From the human T2T-CHM13v2.0 reference genome, Homo sapiens: a stretch of 64,000 nt of DNA. The notes below the pieces were generated by a model that was not told the DNA's origin, made no database searches, and saw nothing but the letters and a program-made list of their open reading frames with translations. A program made the position numbers and the translations under genes. Below, in pieces: positions 1 through 10,428 of this stretch (within the stretch, counting starts at the first letter, position 1; the number at the start of each line of letters is the position of its first letter). The DNA is taken from assembly GCF_009914755.1 (NCBI RefSeq), contig NC_060944.1; one strand, written 5' to 3'.

Positions 1-854
1 AATAGTTATGATAAAATATACCATGTTTGAAGTCATAACTTAATTACATTTATTAACAAGAAATAGTAATGTACAGGAATGAAACTGAAAGTTATTGTGC
101 AATTTACTATTATCTTTTATGGATAGAACTGGTTACAAGTAACAAATGTAAATTTTTACATTTGCATGTAAGAAGATAAGTCCTAACAGCATTATTGAAT
201 GATAACATTATTGAAATAACTTTAATTTCACTAAATTGATCCACATTTGCTATTTATATAGAGAGAAGACCAACTGTGATTTTTATATACATATTTGAAA
301 TTATCCATCAATATCACATGGAATATTCAATCTGGCCTTTTGCGGGAGGAAGAAAGGAAGAGATTTTAGAGATTAGGAAAGGACAGCAAATTAGGAAAGA
401 AAACCGCAGATACAGCAGATAAGGGAGGAAGAGGTGGATTATCTACCTCAGTGACAATTTACATGCTGAATTATACTAATTTCCCTGTGTTCTGTGATGC
501 TCAGTAAATGAGACTCTGCTGATGTTCCTATAGGCCATGAACCAGCCGGCACGTTGGTTTCCACTACAACACCTACAAATAAACTGCTGAGTTAAAATCT
601 ATTATAGCAGAGAATGGCTTATGACCCACAGACAATCATTCCTCTTCTAAATATATTCACAAATGCCTCATAAATGTTTGCTTGGGCATTTTATTTAGAA
701 GCAACATGGATAAATATTTGAAAGAGTATTGCTAATGACAAAGCAAAAGTGAACTATAAAATAGCTTTAACGATGACTTTAAAATCTGCACTTTTCAAAT
801 CAAGCACTCACTAAGGAAAGACAGGAAAATATAAGATAGCAGCAGGTGAGCTCT

Positions 855-856
<2 letters not shown>

Positions 857-901
<45 letters not shown>

Positions 902-908
902 TATGTGT
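857..908 (+). repeat. (GT)n microsatellite
   Basis: About 18-19 perfect GT units, then degenerate. Confidence 0.97.
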
Positions 909-1164
909 CTATAGCTGTCTATGCGAAGCAAATCATATTTGCAAAATAAGACCAATATCTGCTGAATAGAAAAGAGCTGCATTGAACAGACATATCTGCC
1001 AGAAAAATCTGGGGTTGTAATTTAGGTTTTATAGTCCAAGAATGACTAGATTGCTTTTAAAAGCACTACTTCTTCAATGCTTTTATTCCATTCTTTGATC
1101 AAACATGTCAGCCAAGGAAGAAATGGTCATTTATTTCTTTTGAAAGCAGGAAAAAAAGAGATTT

Positions 1165-1820
1165 ACATTAAATAGCGGTCATCACGGCGTTCGTAAGTTT
1201 CCAACTATTTATCAACATGCTTGGTTCGCAACTGCAATTCACTTAATTGGACTTGCATCTTCAGTAACACTGCAGCTTCCATACTGGAGGTGGTAGAGTT
1301 ATTCTAAGCCATGGGCAGGCTGGTCAAATGTACATATGGCTGTGTAATTGTCAGAAAATGTCCTCGTGTCAGATGGGGCCATGGCTTATAGTGAAAACAA
1401 TCCTGTTAGTGCTTCTGCAGCATATGAGGAGACAGCTCCACTTTATTAGTGAAATTACACTGGCCATGGATGACTGGCTGTCTTGATCATTTACAGGCCA
1501 ATTGTGAAGCCACTGATGAAATCACTGGGCAGCCCAATCCAATTCAGTCATTAAGACAACTGGAGTAACCAGACTGTAAAATGGTTGGTCTGGTTATTTC
1601 TTAATGATGTAATTGGATAGACCAGAGGGAGATCCAATTAATTGCTGAGCAATTGGTGGCTATGGTGGTCTCACTGATAAGCTCAGCTGTCAGTGATGGA
1701 CTTGAATTGACTGTACAGCTTCCTGATCAATTGTACAAGTTACTCTTACCAAGCTGGGGGTTGGGGAGAATTGATTTAATTTTGGTGATTTCATTGAGCC
1801 CACTGATAAATCACATATCT
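1165..1820 (+). other. Candidate large structured RNA element (array of abutting hairpins), family unassigned
   Basis: Many hand-verified inverted repeats with G-U pairs that work on the + strand; see findings. Confidence 0.5.
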
Positions 1821-1825
1821 TAAGT

Positions 1826-1879
1826 GTCTCTCTCTCTCTCTGTGTGCGTGTGTGTGTTTGTGTATGTGAATGTGTGTGT
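1826..1879 (+). repeat. (TC)n(TG)n compound microsatellite
   Basis: Seen directly. Confidence 0.9.
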
Positions 1880-2359
1880 TATTTTCTCAATTGCAATATA
1901 TTTGTGAGATATCAGTGATATATAATGCTATTTTAAGATATGGTTATTTTACCTTGCCAGTGTATATTTCATTGGAAAAGTCTATAGGCTCTTGTAGAGA
2001 TCTGTAGGGCAATTTGTTACTTTCTAGAATAGGAGGGGAAATGCAAGCTTGAATGAAAATTATGTGTTTAGAAGGCGGGAAAGCAAAGTATTTTTTCTTC
2101 ACCCTTTATGCCCAGTCTGTGAAGTTCACTGCATGGTTACTGCAGCCTATTCATGACATAGTGATGCTAGATATTCTTCTGCTTTGCTGAGTGGCCTGTG
2201 AAAAGAGCTTAACACCAGTGTAGCCTGGCATGAGGAAGTAAATGATTGGTATAATATTTTGGGGAACAAATATGCAGCCGATGAGTATTTCAGCTCTCCC
2301 CCACCCATTAAGAGACACTGTCCATGGAAATATCCCTTCAAAGAAAAGACTTAGTTACT

Positions 2360-2470
2360 CATGCAAGCTCTTCTTGGCCAGGGCCTGTGTGAGGACTTAA
2401 TTCACTATATCCACCACTCAACCATGCCTGGAATAGACGCTCATTAATGTTTGTTGATTTAGTGAAGGAA
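2360..2470 (+). mobile_element. L2 3' end fragment
   Basis: ...catgcctggaatagacgctcattaatgtttgttgat resembles the L2 tail. Confidence 0.55.
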
Positions 2471-2704
2471 TATGTTCTTAAGATAAATTTCTTTCTGAGA
2501 GTTGATGCCAAATAAGTATAAAAAGGTACATAACTGTGGAGTTTTTACTTATTCTAAGAAAATAAATAAATTTATGAGTTGGAAGTGTGACTTGTTGAGG
2601 TGATTTAGGCCACCTGTGATTTTTCTAATGATGGTCCATTGACAAGTGCCAATCTTTGACAATGTTCTCACCAGGCCAAAGCACAATGAGAAAAACATAA
2701 GAAT

Positions 2705-3255
2705 AATGGTTTTGAGAGATTAAAAATGTCTGCAAATTTTTTGTCATGCCCCCCACTGAAAGGTGGCATCTCTTTCCTTTTCTCTTAAATCTGGGCAGCC
2801 CTTGTGACTACTGAACCAGGTTAAGCCTAAACTTTAGGGGGACTAGAAGCTTCTGCCTCCTATGTTGAATGCTTGCTCTTGAGACACTCCCTTCCAGGAC
2901 ACAGGCATCATACTATGAAAAGCTCAAGCCACATGGCAAAGCCACACATAGATGCTCTGGTCCAAGGCTGAAGCTGATCTCCCAGCCAATGCCAGCTGAC
3001 TTACATTGAGACCCATTGAGACCCAAGCTGAACTCAGTCCACCCATCCAATTGTAGACATGATAAAATGGTTTTTTTTTTGTTGTTGGTTTTTTTTTTTC
3101 GAGACAGAGCCTCGCTCTGTTGCCCAGGTTGGAGTACAGTGGCCCAATCTTGGCTCACTGCAAGCTCCGCCTCCTGGGTTCAAGCCAGATAAAATGGTTT
3201 TTTAAAGCCACTACATTTCAGGTCAAGTTGTTCCCAGCAATAGATAGATACTAAT
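2705..3255 (+). mobile_element. MaLR LTR (MLT1 family), interrupted by an Alu fragment
   Basis: MLT1-type 5' part (aaatctgggcagcccttgtgact) and 3' end (ttaaagccactacattt...cagcaatagata). Confidence 0.7.
3071..3187 (-). mobile_element. Severely 5'-truncated Alu (young S/Y type) with 16-bp TSD
   Basis: Poly-T plus gagacagagcctcgctctgttgcccagg...caagctccgcctcc. TSD gataaaatggtttttt at 3061-3076 and 3188-3203. Confidence 0.92.
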
Positions 3256-5009
3256 GATATGTATTGAATATATACTACAACAATGATGCATATTCTCCTT
3301 TGTAAGAATTGTCACCTCTGATTTTCTGAGGATTAGCTATTCAGAGACGCTGTAGTTCTTGCTTTCTTGGTGTTGGAATATCCTTTCTTTTTGGCATGAT
3401 GGCTAGAGAAGATATCAGTGATGTATGTAGATGTATGTTTTTAACTGGAATAAGAAAAAGTTGAGATTCATGAAGAGCAGTCAATGTTTTCAGCACCCTT
3501 CATTTATCTATAAAATTCAAATTCTCTGCCCAAATCCAACTTCACACCCTCTGCAGGAATTCCCCCTCATCCAGGGCCATCCTGAAGATTACCAAACTTC
3601 TGCTCAACCTATTCCAGTGGAAACAACTGATTCATCAGAAGGCAGTGCTGTCTGCCTTTAAACATCTGTGATTATAAAGAAATACAGTAATATAAAACTT
3701 TGATCATAAAGAGAAGTTTTGCACAGATATTTGTAATTCTTAATTTAAAGAAATATTCCGATATTGTTAATTACACACACCAACACATTTGCAAGGAATC
3801 TCTGGACTTCAGATACCTCACTTCAAATTGTATTATTTCACATTATTGTTGTTGTCTCTGATAAGGGAATACGCATGGGGGATGGGAAGTGGCAGTGGGA
3901 GGTGTTGGGGAGGGAAAGGTGAAAAAACACCACATTTACTGAAAACATACTATGTGCTAAGTTCTACTGCATATGCCAGACTCTCAAGAACTTGGAGGTT
4001 TTAGAAGTTCTTTAATGCAGACATTTCCATAAAGATGTATGTTTTCCCTACAAATCAAACATTTTATGAATAAACATTATTTAACTCAAAGCTTTTTTTA
4101 AGCTTTTGAATGGAGAAGAAGTCTCATCTACCTTGAAACATTATTGCTATGAAATTATTTTATTCCAAAGTCAATGGATTTGTTTTTTACAAAAAGCTTA
4201 AGTAAAGGCACTCCTGAACACAAATTCTTTTATCAAACTACTTTTGTCACAAAGGTGTTTAGTATAATGCGTTATAAATTATATGAGTGCAAAATATGAA
4301 GAGGAAAATGTGTCTGTACAATGGACATTAGGAAAAATATAAGTAACAAAATAATGTGACGTGAAGCTTATCTTTGAAATGATACGGCATTTACTTCTAC
4401 CATATGTGTTTGCTACGGTCCTTCTAAAGTTCTCAGCATTTTTAATAACAAAAAATGTGGCTGACATATGAACTTTAGCTCTTACAGCATTAACATATTC
4501 CAGTACTAGTGAACAGTTAAAGGAATAATAAGTGAAATAAGGTGTGTTTGTCATTATTAGTGAGAATATGGAGCCCTGAATTATGGTAAATAGTGAACTA
4601 ATTGCCTTAAAAATGGTAGAACTTTTCTTTTGGGTAGCTGTTTCTTGAAAGCCATTTTCTTCCTTAGAAACTGTTTTCAAAAACTGCCATCTTCCTCACA
4701 GATATAACCTTCATTCCAGCAGTCATTGGTCTATAACAAAGCTTTTCAAAGATAAGAAGAAAAACTATGGTAGTACTTCAGTGAATGTCACTTGACTGCA
4801 GACTCATTTTTCTAATTTTTCAGAATAAAGATATCCATGATTTATACCCAATTCAAGAGGAGACTTTGGATCATTTCAATAAATATTAAGGGAGATTATG
4901 TATATAAGATATTATTTAGATAAAAGGATTATTAAATACCTCAGATACCTTTTCCTATGACACACCTGTTAAAGAAACAAAATATTCTGTACAAGTCTAC
5001 TCTTCATAG

Positions 5010-5120
5010 GAAATAAGATGAAAATTGCAAGAAGTTTCTTCAAAACCCACCTGATGTTCTTTGAAATAAGATGAAAATTGCAAGAAGTTTCTTCAAAACC
5101 TACCTGACATTCTTTGAAAT
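5010..5120. repeat. 53-bp tandem duplication (2.1 copies)
   Basis: Units at 5010-5062 and 5063-5115 differ at 3 positions. Confidence 0.95.
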
Positions 5121-5594
5121 GGAAGAAAAAAATGCTATGTTTACGTACATACCTTTAGAAGAAGAATAAATATTATTCTCCTTGTCCGTTGCCTTTCCCT
5201 CTTTTGTTTATAGGGATGGGGTTGAGGGGGGACTTTGGGAGAGGTCTCCAGAATTAATGAATGGAATCAATCATCTAGAAAGTTATCAGCATGAACTAAA
5301 CTCTTAACAGCAGACTGTGGAGGTGCTGACTACCTTTCATGCTAATTGACTGCCAAGGCACCCTAACTAGCCATTTGCATAGAGCATTGTGGTAGATGTG
5401 GCTCTGAAATGTGCATCTCCACAGCAATGGAGCAAGTTCACCTGCCTGAAGAATTGACAGAGTTGCTAGCCCAGAATGCATGGCTTCTGGAGACTTCTCA
5501 GGAATTTCAGCTGGATGGTCCAGCTCACTTATCATACTAATACCAGGTTAGAACAGTTACCTTAGAATCTTTGTACATTACCAGAGAAAATCTA

Positions 5595-5855
5595 GAAGTA
5601 CAATGCTTCAGTTAGACAGGAGGAATAAGTTCTGGAGGTCTATTGTACAGAATGATGGCTGTAATTAATAATGTGTTGTGTATTTGGAAATTGCTAAGAG
5701 AGTAGATTGAAATATTCTTATCACAAAAATGATAAGGATATGAGGTGATGAATATTAGTTAGCTTGATTCAATCATTCCACAATGTATACATATATCAAA
5801 ACATCACATTGTATACCATAAATGTATCTTTCTCATTTATCAGTTTAATAAAATA
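5595..5855 (+). mobile_element. L1MA-type 3' UTR fragment
   Basis: agttagacaggaggaataagttctgg...attgctaagagagtagat...catatatcaaaacatcacattgta, ending in AATAAA. Confidence 0.85.
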
Positions 5856-7224
5856 TGGATAAAACTTAGTTTGGGGACAAGTAGGGTCATTTCACATTGC
5901 CTTGGTTTCTTTTTGGTGATAAGTGTTTACAACATATATGAAAGTAGAAAAAAGTTTGATGGCCAAATTTAAACTTACCTCTCATATGTTCCAGAAACAC
6001 CACTGCCTCCCCTCAAAATGATCAGATTCTACTCTACTTCCGTTCAAAGGTACAAGGTAACAAATATACTGACATTTGCTCTTGAAGGGAAGAAAATCAG
6101 ATTTCTGCCAATTTAAAGCCATGAACAAATGTCAGAATTAAGATCAGTTTGTTGGATGAGTTTGTAATTCCACATGCAAAAGCTAAAATATTTTCACGGT
6201 GGATTTTACTGTCCTATGTGGCAATGCACCCATGAGTAGATTGGGTTCACTGGGTACATTCCAAAGGGCCATCTAAAATGTGTTTTCTGGTTTTCGTCAT
6301 TACATGTTAAGTTTTTGAACACTAGTGGTCATATATTACCTGTGTTCAGCAACACGCTGCTTATACTGTTGTTGAAAAACTGGTTAACATTTAGTAGGCA
6401 CTTAAATATCTATTGAATAAATAGTGGGGATGCATGACTGCATTACATGCTTTAATCTCAGGACATCCTTTAAGTTCAGAAATAATCCTATGAGCTGTGA
6501 TTGTTCAATGGTTTGTAAATACCATAATTTTTTAGAGAAGATTGTTATTTTAAAATGTTGGTGTTTCACCTGCCTGTTATTTACAAACAATTCTTTTCAA
6601 TGATGTTCAATAATTATTCAATTAAAAATTACCTTTTGCCCCAGTCAGTATTTAGGTGGAGTAGATTGTTCTGGTATTTATCTGATTATTATCGGAAAAA
6701 AAAAACTGAAGTTGAACTGGTGTCAGAGTGGATATATATTTACAGGAAAAGGATATTACTGTTCCTCAAAAAGCATTCCTAGAACTTTGCCTATGCTGCT
6801 TGAAGCTATTGCTTAACAGTTTCTTCCCATCTTATACTCAGATTTTACCATGTCCCTTAGCTGTAAGGTTTTCTCCTTCTCTCCTATCCCAGGAAATCCA
6901 TTGCAGCAACTTATCAGTAGAACACATCGTATTCCGTGTTGTCTCACCAGTTGATGGTTTAATTAGCACCTAGTTACAAACTAAGTAGAATCATTCATGG
7001 AAAACATGGATCTAAAAACAAAACACAAATCATTCATCCAGGCCGTAGATACTATAAACTACGTGTAATGACAACTGTGATCTCCTGGTCCCACCCCTTG
7101 ACCAGCAAGCTGTCCTGAAGATGCTGTTTGAAGATTCTCAAGTAGGCTCCAGTTGGTTCCTTCATTCAAAGGCCCAAATTATGGGGAGCTCATCTTTGAT
7201 CCTCTTTAAGTTCTACATTCAATA

Positions 7225-7690
7225 AACTTATTCATTCATTCATTATTTGTTTTACTCATTCAAAAAGCATATGAAGTGCCAGAGACACAGAGAAAGCATT
7301 CTCCACAGTCACACTCTTAAGTTCCTTTGGGTGAGGGTGGCAAGCAGTGGACATAACAGGTGAATGAAAAATTGCAAAACAATATGATAAGTGTTACAGC
7401 TGAGCTATACAAGGGCAATGTGAGCATACAGAAGGGATTTAACTAACTCAGCCTAGAGGAGCATGGTTAAAGCAGGAGTTGAATCTGGAAGGAAGAAATT
7501 TTGAAGGAAGGATGAAGAAAAAGACTTTGCAGACTCAAGGAATAGGATGCACACAGCTGCAAGGCAAAATGATGGCATGTTCCAGAGTCTGCAGGCAGGT
7601 GTGTATGAACAGAACGGAGGACGGGTTTGAGGGGATGGAGGAAAGGTGCCAGACAATTAAGGACATTGTATTCTCATGAAAGTGCAAGTG
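7225..7690 (-). mobile_element. L2 fragment
   Basis: (ttca)n tail followed by purine-rich L2-like body. Confidence 0.6.
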
Positions 7691-10344
7691 GTGGGCAGCC
7701 ATATATGTGTTGTGGGACCCATTGCCACAGTGGACAACATAGGTGGAGATCATGTCAACGCTAAGTGTTTCTGCTTTGTATATCCATACTTCAATAAAAC
7801 GTTCCCAAATCAAGGGTAACCCAGTTGGAAATAGAGCAAGAAGAGGCATCCACAGCATACAAAGTCACAAGGTGGGGCTGCTTTCATAGGATAAGTAAGT
7901 GAAAACCTTTTAAATCTCTCTGAATCAATACATGCCAGTATAACTCCGATCTTCCATAAAGCTTTCTAAATATCTAGGCTGGTGTCAATATCTAAAATTC
8001 CATAGCCAGGGTTTTATCTTTGTCTCAATACTGTTCATTCATTTAATATGGATCCCTGAGGAGTTGGAATGCACTAAATCCCATAGGTCAAGTCGTTTGG
8101 CAAAGAGAGTAAGTAAGCATTAAACGACACAGAATGAGGAGCGGAAGTACCCAAAACTATGAATGAAGACTCCCAAAGGGGAGTATTTGCACATTGACCT
8201 GGGAGAATCCCTCTTTTGTGTGTGAGCTTGTAGAATAAAAGAAATCAGTCACTCTGAGACCAAAATACCTTGTCCTGTGTTGTTTGTTACTGGATATCAA
8301 ATTCTCTAAACTTCTGTTTTTTCAACTTAAGTCATATTATGAAAAGGAAATTAAATGTATCCATCAAATGAGATAATATACATCAAGCTATTTGCAAACA
8401 AAAAACACCATACAAATTTAAATGACTATCATTTATGTGTTATAGATATGTAGGCATATATAACACATTAGAAGTTGATGTTTTTTCTTAGAATATTTGC
8501 AGTGTGATAGTCATATAGCATTCTTTTCTGTTCAGGGAAAGGCCTTTGTTGGGCCATGTGGTCTAATCAGGCTGTTTGACTAGATTTAAAGACTCAAAGT
8601 ATTTATATTATTTAGGACTAACACAAATTCAAAATGGGAATTTTGAAATATGAAGACATTGGATGCTACTAAGCCAGTCATGAATGCCCTTTTAAAACAT
8701 AATAATAACACCCTGGATTTCAATGACAGTGATCCTAGAGCTCCTTTATGGGTGATGTTCTCTCATGTTTCTTAATTACCACAGGTCATATAGACCCCAT
8801 TTGCAAAAAGAGTTCATGAGGCTGAGCTGTGTTATGTACCTTGACCAAAGTAATATCAAGGAAGGTCAGTCCTGAGTCTATTAGATTGTTGTGATTTGCT
8901 CTTCTGCCAGGTGCAGCTAAAGGCATTTTTCCTACCTTAGTCAGAGATGTGCTGGCTTGAAGAACTAACTCATGAAACCTGAATACCTGAAGAGTTAGTG
9001 CAATGTCTGGAGGGAGGAGCCTAATGCTTGCATGTGTCTCCCTGGCTTGACCCATCCATAAAAAAAGATGTATGCAGAATGTCTTTGCTGAGCCAAGGGT
9101 GACCTGCACCAGCTCTTCCTCCACCTTCATTCATTTTGTGCCTATTCCTTTCATGGTCCATCCTCCTGACTGCTTCAGCCCCTGCTCAGCTTGGAGGTTC
9201 TGCTTGCCTGTTCCGTCTCTGACAGTCCATGCTCACAACTTGAGCTTCTCTTCTCCCTTGACATTGCTTGAATTGTGCCCAGGATTTTGTCTTCTTCCTC
9301 CTGGCCTCAGGACCTTGTGAACACGCCTGACTGTTGTGACCTAGTCACTCCTCAGACTCTGCCTCTGAACTATCAGGTGCTGGATAGCAAAGCCAGTCCA
9401 GTGTCCCTGGCATTTATTTGGGAAGCAATCATGTTAAAGAAAAATAAAATCCATCTTCGGGTGACCTATTCCCAACTCCTGATTTCATGTGCTGATATGT
9501 TTGTGTTGTTTAGCAAACTCTCACAGAAAATGTTATCTAAATGTCACACCGCTATCTCAAGGGTTTGTTGGACTTAATATCTAAGCCTTACACTGAGACT
9601 AGAACTGAGAATCCAGATTAGTTTTACCTACGTATGTTCTTTGTCGGACCTGCATGATTTGATTTTATCCAAATGGAAAAAATGGTTCAAAATGGAAAAA
9701 AGTTCCAATACTGAGAATATGGATGTCAGTGGCCAAATAATATGTTGCATTTTAATTTTTTTTGCAGTCCTCAGTGAATTTTTATGTGTCTCTCTGTGTG
9801 TGTGGCATGTGAAGGAACACAAAGTTAGAAATAAGAGAGGGAGACAACCTGTGGGGTGGCCACATTCCAGGGTCTGATCCTCTTTGGGGATACTGTGATA
9901 TGCTGCCCAGATCCTCCCATCAGTGCTAAAGAAGACAGCCAAGTGGGAGACAGTGAGGCAACCTAAATGTTCTCAATGGCAGGAAACCATTACCAGCCCT
10001 GGAATGGAAAAAATACAGGGGGTGGTGCTGTCACCTGCCCAGAAGCCAAGGTCATTAGACAGGAGCTGAGACCATGAAGGGATGAACTGTCCCATGTAGA
10101 CTGGAACTTCAGAAAAAGTACAGCCATTGCCACAGGTGCCCCTGAAACAGAAAGAGAGAGGAAAAAACACCCATACATATTCCCGTTTATAAATTGCCAG
10201 GCTTCTGTCAGTTATTCATGTTGTAACAGGAAGCTACGGGGCCATGTCACCAGGGACATGTGCATCCCTGGCACACAAAGCCGAACAGGGCATGGAGCCG
10301 AGGGTGAAGAGACAAGTGACAGGCAAATGGCACCTGCTCAGTCA

Positions 10345-10428
10345 AGTCTCTGAGAGTGCAGCCTGGAACCCGCATGTTCAACAAGTTGTCCAGACCATTC
10401 TTATGTGCACCAACATTTGATAACCTTT
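10345..10428. mobile_element. MER5-like hAT-Charlie fragment
   Basis: cctggaacccgcatgttcaacaagttgtccagaccattcttatgtgcac...tttgataacc. Confidence 0.55.

Noticed and set aside
1375-1383. 9-nt complementarity (ggggccatg) to U6 snRNA
   Set aside because: Too short and not followed by a D box; expected by chance.
1424-1490. SECIS-like AUGA...GA stem
   Set aside because: The quartet is one nucleotide out of register with the upper helix, there is no apical AA at the right distance, and the site is intronic.
1449-1530. Hammerhead ribozyme core (CUGAUGA at 1513-1519, GAAA at 1451)
   Set aside because: I could not build stem II followed by GAAA in the type I, II or III topology.
4279-4680. 133-aa minus-strand ORF
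   Set aside because: Non-ATG start, AT-rich composition, no recognisable domain or splice context.
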